Positions 1 through 11,255 of a stretch of DNA of 64,000 bases are shown in pieces. The stretch spans positions 11,532,001 to 11,596,000 of the forward strand of contig NC_088814.1 in the NCBI RefSeq assembly GCF_011386835.1, in the 5' to 3' direction. This stretch comes from Chrysemys picta bellii. Taxonomy: Eukaryota. Positions within the stretch are counted from its first letter, which is position 1; each line of letters begins with the position of its first letter. A program made the translations under genes and the position numbers. The notes under the pieces are model-generated. The model was not told the DNA's origin. It saw only the letters and a program-made list of their open reading frames with translations, and did not search any database.

Positions 1-257
1 CTTGCGAATTCCTTCCTAAAGAAGCTGACCAAATGCCTCCCAAAGCTTACTTAGAAACCAAGCAAGCATACAGCCCATATTCTTAACCTCAAGTAGAAAA
101 TGATATATGTGTACCAATAGGATGAATAGATATAGTAGACCATAACTTTTACAGAGATATGTTACATGGCACAGGCAGCACAAAACATATTCCAGTTATG
201 TCATACATACATTTATAAGCAACCCCCCCATAAAGGTTTATGGGGTACGCTGTCACA
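1..257 (-). mobile_element. Partial LTR (LTR retrotransposon), truncated by window edge
   Basis: Ends in ...ggggtacgctgtcaca, i.e. a TGTGACA LTR start on the minus strand. Resembles recalled turtle solo LTRs. Confidence 0.55.
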
Positions 258-878
258 ATGAGCTTACAGGTAACGTTTCAGGGTGAATAACCAGCTGGGA
301 GGAGCAGGGATTGGGCTGTGGGTGTCAGGAGGGAATCTCAGCGGTCCTGGGGAGAAGCAAGGACCCTTGGACGTGGTGAATCCCCATCGGCGTCTTGGTT
401 TGGAGGTGCAGATGCTAGTGATCAGCTGCATTCTCATTACCTTGTATGAATGAGGTTGACTGAAAACCAATAGAGGTGAGGGCCTGAAGTTCCAGCAGCC
501 GGGGGGACCAGAACATCTGGCACTTCCCGTGCCAGGCCTGATGCCAGTCCATCAGGAACCTGGGGAAGGTTGGGGTGGATCCCGACATTCATTTTATTCT
601 GAGATTCACACGTCAGTCAAACACTCCACCCTCAGCGCAGGAGGCCTCCGGCCCTTTACGTTCGATGCAGGAGCCTCAGCTACTCCCCCCGTGGCGGAGA
701 CGCTCGAAAGCTCGTGCTGGGCCAAGTTTGCAGCTGGACACAACTGTTCTGGAACACGCCTCGCTCAGCCAGGCCTGGCGGGAAGAGGTGTCCTGCCCAC
801 CTCATAGAACGTGGGTGATCACACCTGCGCTTCTTGGTGTGTCCCCCTCCGAATGCTGCAGCTTTGCGCGCTTGCACT

Positions 879-1107
879 TAGAATCATAGAACCTCAGGGT
901 TGGAAGAGACCTCAGGAGGTCATCTAGTCCAATCCCCTGCTCAAAGCAAGCAGGACCAACCCCAACTAAATCAGCCCAACCAGGGCTTTGTCAAGCCAGG
1001 CCTTCAAAACCTCTAAGGAAGGAGATTCCACCACCTCCCTTGGTAACCCATTCCAGTGCTTCACCACCCTCCTAGTGAAAAAATGTTTCCTAATATCCAA
1101 CCTAGAC
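879..1107 (-). mobile_element. CR1 LINE 3' fragment
   Basis: Inverted (ATTCTATG)n-type tail 'tagaatcatagaa' followed by CR1 3'UTR and ORF2 end. Matches 23891-24110 in this window. Confidence 0.9.
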
Positions 1108-2830
1108 CACTTAACTGCTGACAGTCCCTCAGAACAGCCCCACTCCAGAGTCTACACTGGGGGTTAGGTCGGTGTAACCACGTCGCTCAGGGGTATGGAC
1201 TTTTCACACCCCAAGTGACATAGTTATACCAACATAGGTCTATCGTGGAGACCAGACCTTCGTTTGGGGGAATGTACTTCCCATAAAGTGCTGGGTGTGA
1301 AACAGGCTGTAAAAATGTAAACAAGCTGCTAACTCTTTTGGTGGTGAGTGAGCTTTCACGGACATTTCAGGGGACTGGGCCATGAATGCCTGAATCTGAT
1401 TTTAGAGGACAGCACAGCCTGTCACCCCTTTCCCTTGTGTCCTATTGTATTCCATACTAAACTGGATGAACATCTCTCCTCTGTCTTGATCCCTGCTACT
1501 AGCGAGACCGGTTGCATTTCGAGCTTGTGTTTGTGAGATGGTTATGAATTAAAGTTGTTTGGACAAATAGCACGCTACCCCTGGCTATTAATTTGACGCT
1601 CCGATTTCTCAATTGCAGACACTCTGTTCTCTCTGTCCTGAGCGTGCCTGGGATCCTCAAGGAATGCGTTTCGCCCAGGTTTAGAAGTATTATTACATTT
1701 AATCTTTAAATATTAGGTTAGACAAGATTCTCTTTTAAAGGTTTCACAAGGGATAAAAATATCACTTCTGAACCAATTCCACTACGCCTGTGGTGCTGTC
1801 ATCGAGAGCTCATGCTTAAAGCGTAAACCGATGGCTGCGGAAGTCAGGAAAGGGGTTCTCTCCACATCTGACGAGGTGCTTTGTCATTTTGTTGAATGAA
1901 ACCTCAACTATCTGATGAGAGGATAAGGCAGAATTTAATGGATCAGTGGTCCATTGTAGTATGGTACATCCTGTGCTCCCAGCCTCTCTTCTTTATTTGT
2001 ATAATGGCCTTCAATTTGCCTGGTCAGTTTCTTGGTCTCCTTACGTATTGTGCTGGTAGATTTTACTGCAAACGTTATGATCTGTGTAATCTGCACTCAT
2101 ATCTTTCTGTATGGAGTAATAATATTTAAGAGAAAATTTCCAAGTCACATAGACCGTATAGTGTCTAACAACCCATGAGCCTTTGGAAATCTCTCCCTAA
2201 GAATGTCTGAAGGAATTAGTAATATAACTAGCCTTGGAAAGATTAGATTTTTATCAGTAAACGTCAGTAAACAGCTATTTCACTGCACATGCAAAGACCA
2301 ACAACAAAATATTTCCATTGGTAATACATGAGATGTACAGACAGGCAATGTAAGAAAAATGCAGTCTGAGAACTTATTGATTGATGGGTATTTATTTTGT
2401 ATATTTTGACATGTGATATAGTTATAAAATGGTTATAAACAGGTTTTAATGGTTATAAAACTTGAACTTCTTAAACCTGGGTCTGCTGTCATTAAAGAAT
2501 TTTTGTTCTCCCTATTATCCGACTCTCCCCCATAATTTTCTGCAGCAGTGAAAATATAAATTGATAAAAACATTTAAAATCCATCATTTTGAGCAACTGT
2601 GAAAATTTAAATAGATAAACATTTTAAAATGCTTAAAATATCAGTGGTATCCATCAGAATTATGGAAAAAAAATCCTTTGAAACTGAATTTGGCCAAGCC
2701 TAAATATAACAAATAACTTTATTAAAAAGATGAAAAGCAACTCCATAAGCAAGCTGAAGAGGAATGTTTTGGCTCCTTCCCTACACAGCTCACTCGACCA
2801 AGCACAAGATAGAAGCATGGTGTGACCAGG

Positions 2831-3410
2831 CAGGGCCAGCTCCAGGCACCAGCCCACCAAGCTTGTGCTTGGGGCGGCACCTGGAGGGGTGGCGGCACGG
2901 CGCAGTGCTCCAGCTTCGGCCGCCAGGGAGAGCGGAGCCGCAGTGGGCTCGCCGCCCTCCCCTGGCGCTCCGGCCACCGGGGAGAGCGGAGCCCCGGCCG
3001 GGCTCGTCGCCCTCCCCCCGATGCTCTGGCCGCCGGGGAGAGCGGAGCCCTGGCCGGGCTCTCCGCCCTCCTCCTGGGGCTCTGGCCGCCAGCGGAGCCC
3101 CGGCCGGGCTCTCCGCCCTTCCCCCCGGTGCTCTGGCCGCCGGGGAGAGCGGAGCCCCGGCCGGGCTCTCCGCCCTCCTCCCAGCGCTCTGGCCGCCGGG
3201 GAGAGCGGAGCCCCGGCCGGGCTGTCCGCCCTTCTCCCGGGGCTCCGGCCGCCAGCGGAGCCACGGCGGGCTCGCCGCCCTCCCCCCGGCGCTCTGGCCG
3301 GTTGGGGAGAGCGGCCTGCGGCCAGGCTCGGCGCCCTCCCCTGCTGCACTGTGGGGGGGCGGCGGGAGGCTTTTTTGCCTTGGGCGGCAAAAAAGCCAGA
3401 GCCGGCCCTG
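2831..3410. mobile_element. hAT-type MITE with internal GC-rich tandem array (about 8 x 50-57 bp)
   Basis: TIRs cagggccagctc / gagccggccctg; perfect 8-bp TSD tgaccagg at 2823-2830 and 3411-3418. Confidence 0.9.
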
Positions 3411-6400
3411 TGACCAGGACATGCTCACATGGCTTGAACATATCTGGAGGGCAAGACACTAGAAACCCAGCCACTAATGAGAGCTGATTAACTCTTCTCT
3501 GGGACTCACATCACGAGTATGTTTTTCAGCACTAGGTCGTTATCAAGCAGCAGGAATCATGTCTGAATCACGGCCTGCAATGGTGCATTGATAATAAGGA
3601 GCTGAGAAGCAGTTGTTTATTGTAGAGGTGCATCACAGTACATGCCCCTCCAATAGTACCGTCCTGTTTTTCTCTTCCCTTAGTATTCTAGAGACACAGC
3701 CAGGCAGTGCAGCCAAGTATGCAGATTATAAACCTTTAGAAAGTGTGTCTGCATCTAAAATCATTAATTTTGCTGCACCTGCTTCCTATCTCTCTTTTCC
3801 TTTCACTCTCATCTTATTGATCCCTTTTAATTCTAGTAGGAGGCCGCTTTGCAATGCTATGTGTGTGCAGGTGATAGACGGTGTCTGAATTATGTCACAT
3901 CTGACCCTGGTTAGTTCAAGGATGCTGTTTATCTCTCGGTGGCAGGTCAAGCTAAATGGAAACGCTGCAGTAGTTCTGGCAGCTGAATTCTCACCCTGGT
4001 GACAGGTAGTGCATTTATTAATTCCGGCCTGGTGTTGATGAATAATCATTGAACTGAAACTGATTAGCAGGCAAGTGAGGAATTCTCTCTGAAATACACA
4101 AATACTCTAGTCGGCGCTGACAGTTGCAAAGAGTCTTGGCTTCTTATAAATAAACCCCATTTCCTGTCCCCATCTTCGTTATGCTAAGAATGGGATGCAG
4201 CCAACCCAACCTCTGGATGTTCCTAGTTAAAACCGACACGCTAAATGAGTTTTGTGCAGATTGATTTCCTGCTGTTTGCCGTTCCAGGTTCCCAGGGGAT
4301 TTTCATTTACAAGTTTCCCTTCCTGGGTTTTTTCTTCCATCGGGTGCCCACACTGGCTTATTGTAAGGGCTCAGGTTTCAGCTGTGTGCTCCAGTTTGCT
4401 GGAGGTCTCGTCACATCATTTTGAGCTCGATTGAGCAAAATACTGAAGCACCCGTGTTATTCCAAGCACCGTCTTTTTTTTCTGAGTTTGTACAGCACCT
4501 AGCGCAACAGGGTCCTGGTTCAGGACTGAGCTACAGCAATAAATAATAATAATAAAAGTGCCTTGCTGAATTGGGGCTTTAAGCAGTAATTTAAATGGGG
4601 TTAATAACTTTGCCAAAGGATCCGTACAGCATAAGTGGGTTCTTTCTGGTCTATAACATCCAGGGGTTCTTATGTTATGTTTCTAGTTTTTGTGTGCAGT
4701 TTCTTTGAGAGCAGATATTTCCCAACAGTCGCACAACTATGTTGTTTTTCAAATTGTGCCTTTACAACCTTTCTGTCCTATTAACACAGGCTCTGCAAGG
4801 CTGTCTTTGAAAAGCTACCCTGCATCCGAAGTTTAGATCTGTTGTCTCAGAACTGCAGTGAATAGTGCTGCCCGGTTACTGCTACGGGCTTGATTGGATT
4901 GCTAGACATTTTCCGTAGTCTAAATCTGATTCTGCCCCCAAGTGGAAAGTTATAAAGAGTGATTTGTATTACCCTACTACGAGACAGAGGTGACGTGACA
5001 GATGGAAATGCAGAACTGGGCAGCTAAGGTTATAGAAGACATTGTCTGGGTCAGAATATTGAAAATCCCGCAATCTCTTAAAGTGCAGATCCGCTCTGAA
5101 AAGTAGCTGCAAAAACGGCATCATCGTGTTCCATGTTTATTGCCATTCAATGACTTCTAAATCAAATCGACGTGGCTCACAAGCAACAGATGGGGTTTCA
5201 GTCCGCTGGCGCTTCAAATCCAGCCTGGAATTTGAAAGTTAAGTTTCTCACATCACCGTCAATAAAAATGTTGCGGTTGGATTGCTAATGCATGAGCTGG
5301 AAAAGGGTCCTGTTCATTATCCCACACCTGTGCTTGCTCTGCAAGGCTAAAAGAAGGAAAAAGGGAGCAAAAAGATCTGACTCTAACTACCTAGCTGGCT
5401 GAGGTAGAAGGGGACATTTTTACATAGTAACTTTTCAGAGTAGAACCAAGTTTCACGCATAGCTGTTTCTCTTGTTGTCTGCAACTGGGGAAAGCTGGTC
5501 CCCCAGTACTGAGATGGTCTGCCACAGACCCTGCCATTTCTTTACTCAGGATGAATCAGTTTCCAGGGAATGGACATTAGAGGTCCTCATCATATGCTAT
5601 TTAAGTGATCAGTTCCGTTGTTGCATTGTGTATGTTTTAGTTGGTGATATCTTACACTATAAGGAGATAGATTGATTTACTCTAGAGCTCTTATGAGGAG
5701 CAATTCTGTACTGGCACAGGAATCAGCTGGATGACCTGTTATTTTACGACACACTTTTCCATCGCTAATTTCTATGATTTGTGAAATATTGTATATTGCA
5801 TTAATACAATGCATAGATCATGCTGATGCAAATTGCTAGCCACTCACTGTAACATTATATACATCTAACTTTATATATAAACACTCAATAGATAACTGGA
5901 ATTCCATTGTGCAGCTGTAGTGATAAATTGCAAGTCAGTGGAGTTTTTCTATTTTATGTAACCCATGCAGCTGGGATTTTTGTACATGACTTCAGTACTT
6001 GCATTCAGAAAGGTCGCAGTTTTGAGTGGCAAAGTCTGATCAGACTGCAGAATTGAGACCTGGAGATTTCTTTTGGATCTAGTTGCTAGTGAAAAGCAAA
6101 TGAGATTTAAAAAAAAAAATCTTTTTGTTTTAATAGCTTAAGATCCTTTTAAAGTCTTGAGGAAGAGATTCAGGTTTTCTGGGTGCAATGAACACATTCA
6201 CATCAAAGCCACAAGGGCACTGCTACAAGATCTTCATATTATAGTGGCGCTCATTATTCATTCACCAAAGGTACAGAACAAGAAGAGAAAAGGGATAAAA
6301 CAACAAAAAGCCTAGATGGCTGGTTCTTACCTATACTTGATTCTTTCCTTGCTAGTGCTGGGTAAATTTCATCCCAGATCTTCCTTCTCCTGGATTGGGA

Positions 6401-6859
6401 TTGACAGACAGCTCCTGTAGCATCCTCTTGGCGTCTCTGTCTGTCAGAGGCTCCTCTCCAGCTGTGGCTGCACCCTCAACCCCTCTCTCACCACGTCCTT
6501 CCTAGGCCGGGATCTTGAAGGATTCAGTATGCCCTTTGAGCCTAGGTTTGGGCCTGGAAAAAATAAACCTTGCTAGGGCATTCCCCAGTTAATAGATTCC
6601 CCATTGTTTACTCAAGGACCCTTGGTATTCTCTCGGGTGGTACCTTATTTTTGCCATTGGTTTGTTTCCCCCACCCCAGTCTCCTTTGATTTAACGTCTT
6701 GCAGTCAGGCAGGATGATGTCAAGCAGTTAAAGTGAGGTGCCCCTGATGTTCTTTAAAAATAATGCAAATAACTGTCATTCTCAACACCCAGGATCAGGG
6801 GAATGATGGCTCTCGAGGGAGGTGGGGTCTGAGATGCTCTTTTTCTTCCCTCTTCCCCC

Positions 6860-7250
6860 CATATGTCTGTGCAAAGATTTTGGGGCACCACGTGCTTCTG
6901 GAGAGGTTTGAGCTCCTCTCCCTGACTTCCTGAGTGAGCCAGCATCTGTGGAAGCCCTGCCTCTTGGCGGGGTCTGAGCTCCTCTCCTTACTCCCCCCAC
7001 ACGTGAGCTGGGATCTGAGGGGACCCTGCCCCTCAAGGGAACTCTGAGCCCTGCTCTCTATCCCCCTTTGTGAGCTGGGATCTGTGGGGCCCTACCCTTC
7101 TGGGGGGGGTCTGAACCCCTCTCCCTGAACCCTAATTTATGCCAACATCTTCAGGGCCCTGTCCCTTGGGGTGAGGAGGAGAAGGGATCTGAGTCCCTTT
7201 TCCATGTTCCCCATGTGTCAGCCAGGATCTGAGGTGTGAGCACAGATCTG
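6860..7250. repeat. Degenerate ~68-bp minisatellite
   Basis: gtgagc(c/t)(a/g)g(c/g)atctg motif recurs near 6934, 7003 and 7070, with weaker copies either side. Confidence 0.55.
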
Positions 7251-8049
7251 CCGATCTGGGGGAAGTCAGGTTTTCAGAGGTCCGAGTGTTGCAATATTTG
7301 ACATTCTGGAAGAGCACAAGATACCATTGGGCCACCTACTCTGCATTAACAATGTTTTTTGTCAGCGAATAACCCTTGGCATCGGACTTGCAAAACGTCA
7401 GACAAACACCTTCCCTTCTCTGCTGTCGTAAACCAGCAAGCCAGGATGGTGCAAAACTGGCAAGGGTACTTCTTTTCCAAGCAGACTTTCCATGGAAAAG
7501 CACCAATCTACTGATTTCCCTGGTACTGAGCGGAGTGCCTCTGTAAAGATGGGACTGGGGATTTGATATCAAATGAGGAGTTATTTGTGAGTTTGAAGAA
7601 ATGACCTTGGTTCTAAAATGTTTTAAAATCATCTTCTGCTCCCCACAATGGAGATTATCCACAGTCAGGCTCAAAAGACACAATTCTTAGGCAAGTGGTT
7701 ATAATAATTTGTGCCTGGATTTATGCAAACATATGTAAATTTATTTAAATCCGTGCTATTTTATCTTTTTTTGTTAGAGGATGTTGGAAGGTATGAATTT
7801 GTACCCTAGAACACAAAGACTGTCTTGGGATCTGATCTGTTCTGTTCTTTGGTATCTGAAAATCTATTTGACAATACCGTTGATGTCCTGTATAGATTCA
7901 ACTGTGCCAGTAGATGGGCAGTAATAGAGGCTTTCAGGGAGGTTGATGTTTCTCCATTGTTACAAAGGGAAAATGGGTCATCTGGTTAGACTGCATCATT
8001 TGAATTGGGTCTGAAGTAATGAAAGGCATTTGATGAACTGGAATTGTCA

Positions 8050-8500
8050 ATGGACAATCGCACTGTGCCTAGCTGGCCTCATTTCTTTGTTCTGAGAAGA
8101 TGTCAGGGAGTCAACTGACCAGGTTTTCTATTCAGAGTGTGGCAAAGGCTTTGACAAAGTACCACATAAATACTTGATTCTTAAACTGGTCAGCCTGGAA
8201 CTGGAGCACAGGTGTAAAAATTGACCAGCAAATGGACCAAAGAAAAAGGTCATTATTCCAGATGCCCTAGCACTGTAGGCAAGGACACCAGTGGGGGCTT
8301 GGGGATGGCGTTGGTGCTAAATTCCCTCCATACCCTAATATGCGTGAAAGAAATTGCAGCTGTTAATGAAATCCAGGTGATTCTGAGCTGCAGGATGTTT
8401 GTTCTTGCCATAATCGCACGTTGGGAGCCCCATGGATACAGCAACGAATGGCTGCTGAAAAACATTCATTACTCACAGGTGCAAAATCTGTGCGAATGCA
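8050..8500 (+). mobile_element. Ancient CR1-like RT fragment
   Basis: KAFDKVPHKYLILKL-like motif around 8145-8190; otherwise heavily degraded. Confidence 0.5.
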
Positions 8501-8754
8501 AGACCAATCTGTGAATGACAAAATTCTGCAGCGGATCCTTTGTGCAGTGGAGCTGGTCTGAACAAGGGAGAGTCTGTATTGTTTCACTGCTTGTTTCATT
8601 TCTGGTCAGAGGAAAGAGTGTAACCATCCTCCCAAGGGTCTGTGGGCCATGGAGGTGTTTGGCTGCTCCCAGAAGTTGCCCCCACCTGTTTCTGTTAAGG
8701 GCGTATTTTTCTCATTGATGGTAATTCATATGAAGAGCTCATTAGTCTTGCTCA

Positions 8755-9600
8755 GTGTTACCTTCCCTTGGTCAGACTCGAATTAGGACATCCTGAGGAC
8801 GTTCTTCCAAGGGACGCTTAGCTGGTCTGTCTTCTGTCATCCTAACTACATATGCTGCCCCCTGGAGACATTGGGATTGAACTACACTGAGGGTATGTCT
8901 ACACTACGAAATTAGGTCGATTTTATAGAAGTCGATTTTTAGAAATCAATTTTATACAGTTGATTGCGTATGTCCCCACTAAGCCCATTAAGTCGGCAGA
9001 GTGCATCCTCACTACCGTGGCTAGCATCAACTTACAGAGCAGTGCACTGTGTGTAGCTATCCCACAGTTCCCGCAGTCTCCGCTGCCCATTGGAATTCTG
9101 GGTTAACCTCCCAATGCCTGATGGGGCAAAAACATTGTCACAGGTGGGTTTGGGTGCATGTTGACCTAACGCGGCTAAATTCAACCTAACCCCATAGTGT
9201 AGACCAGGGCTGACTCTACTTGGCTCTCTATAGCCTCCTGCAGTTCACTGCTAGATCTTCTCCACCCATCATTCTCCCAAAAGTTGGTCTCAACACTTGA
9301 TTTTTGAAGGTACTTCGCTGCTATTTCTTTCTTCTTAGTAAGTGCCTAGTCTCACGTCCCTATAAAACAATACATCTGACAATGGTCCTGTATCTCGGAA
9401 GCTTGGTCTTTTTCAGTAACTGTTCAGAGCTACACATTCTCTGCAGAGAAAAGAACTTTCCCTCTCTCTAACCGTTCATTAACTTCCTCCCTCACCTAAC
9501 TGTTGTTGGGAATTAATGCTCCTTGGTATTTAAACGGACTTGTCCATATATATGGTTATCGAGGCTAGCAACCTCTGTCCCCTCTTACAGTAATAACTAC
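8755..9600 (-). mobile_element. RTE-clade LINE relic (ORF C-terminus), split by a MITE
   Basis: Minus-strand pieces FKYQGALIPNNS*VREEVNERL, KKTKLPRYRTIVRCIVL*GRET and YVVRMTEDRPAKRPL match recalled RTE post-RT motifs (FKYLGS..EI..RI; KTKLRIY...LLYG.ETW; GHVVRM.EDR). Confidence 0.7.
8891..9210. mobile_element. PIF/Harbinger-type MITE
   Basis: TIRs gggtatgtctacacta / tagtgtagaccagggc; 3-bp TSD TGA (8888-8890, 9211-9213). Confidence 0.85.
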
Positions 9601-10349
9601 ACACTCTCCAGTGACTGAGCTCATGCCTATGTCATTGTTTCAGGGGCAATGCCTGCTTGTGCTAACCCTCCAAGAAGGACACCACGAGGTCACACAACAC
9701 GGCTCTGGTCAAATGAGTGCCCGTATCCCAGGCTTGGTGCAGCTGCCCTAACGATGGTTTCAATGCTGACGCAGTCAAGGCTCAGGTGTGCGTGTCATTG
9801 TCTGCACACAGTTAAAACCCCTGAGCCCGGAACGTAGCATTGGTGCAGCTGCCTTGTTGCGAAAATATGGATATTGGTGTTCCGTGCCCCTTGGATAAGG
9901 ACTCCAGGGCCATGCAGTTGAAAAGCCAGTGAGATTACAAAGGGCTGGTTGCTTGTGTTAACATTTTAAGTCGATAAGTTTTGTCCTCCCTTGTCACTGG
10001 TGGTTTGATCTCATTGCACTCTTATTCTGTGTTGGGGGGGGAGTAATGTGTTTTAGTGTTGAAGGATCCAGAGGTTCTTATTGCAAAATCTGTAGCTATT
10101 TTAATAGCTAACGGTCTCCAGGGCAGGAAAAGACAATGGCATCAACATGCCCATTCTTGCGTGAGGCAGAATCAACGTGTCCTGCTGCAGTGTGAATGAA
10201 CATTTCAACACCCGGCAGCATCAGGAACCTAAATACATATTTATAGATCCACATATTCACAATGCACGTTCCCTCCAGCTCTCCCCAGAACCGCTATAAC
10301 CTCCTCTTCCATCCCAACCGATTTTAAACTGCTCTGCAGCCTGTGTGTA

Positions 10350-11255
10350 AGAGAGGTCTCTTTGATCCCTGAAATGCAGCCGGGCTGGAAATCCGGCAGC
10401 AATGCCACTTACCAGACAGAAGGGAATGCCACGGCAAGCTGTCTGGTTCCTATGCAAATGAAACGTGGTGGAATCAGAAGCAATGGAAGCCCCATTGACA
10501 TACAGGGAGATGGGGAGCCCACAGGAAAGGAAAGACAGCACAAGGCCATCCTGCCTCTTGAAACAAAGTCATTGCACTTTGGAAAATATAAGCGAGGGGA
10601 GAACCCATTTTTGGCATCCATCACTAGAGAGACACGTGAGCTCTTGCAAGCTGAGGAAGATGGGTCCCTCAACCCAAGGGGGGTCTAAGTCTCTTGGAAC
10701 TGATTATAGGTGAGAAACATGCATAGGCAAAGCTCATACCTTAAACTTTAGACTTTTCGATGCAGTTCTGGTTTGGTTGTAACCCTTTCTAACGTTTACT
10801 TAGCGTCCCTTCACCTATGTCCTCTTGTTAATGCCCTCTTGTTTTATTTTTTACTCTAAACCAGCTCAGTGCTGTGTTTAAACGGAAGGTGAATTTACTC
10901 CAGTGAAGTTAATAAGCTGTGATGATAAGGAACAAACACCCTTACTATTTCTCTGAACAATCTAGGAGAGGACTGGACACTTCAGCGCACATGGTTTTGG
11001 GACAATCTGGGGCTGGAAGTTTCTTGGAGTCACCCTTATGGTTGTAATGAAGGCTGGTGGAAGCTAGAGTTGGTGGGACTGGGGGGCTGTAGACCATGGG
11101 CTCTCTAGCACATAGACACTCAGGGTGTGACCTGCATGCTGGTGGAGTGGTTGGGAACATCCCAGGTGGCAGCAAGGTCTGGTGAGGCCCTCAGGGTTAC
11201 AGGGTAGGCAGTGACACAACCCCTCATGAGTCTGCGTTGCCCCCCGAAACCCACC
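10350..11255 (+). mobile_element. Probable solo LTR (boundaries approximate)
   Basis: Resembles recalled turtle Gypsy-type LTR families and shares architecture with 45880-46565; termini degraded. Confidence 0.5.

Noticed and set aside
264-600. Superficial resemblance of minus-strand frames to hepadnavirus preS1 (SKPR..G..P.PL.F.PD) and the Pol TP/spacer
   Set aside because: The conserved TP motif (LWxAGILYKR) is absent, upstream frames do not match, and the similarity falls in a hypervariable region. Likely chance; tBLASTn against hepadnaviral Pol would settle it.
2660-3487. Six overlapping ORFs of 180-250 aa
   Set aside because: Artefact of the stop-poor GC tandem array inside a TSD-flanked MITE; the translations are low-complexity.
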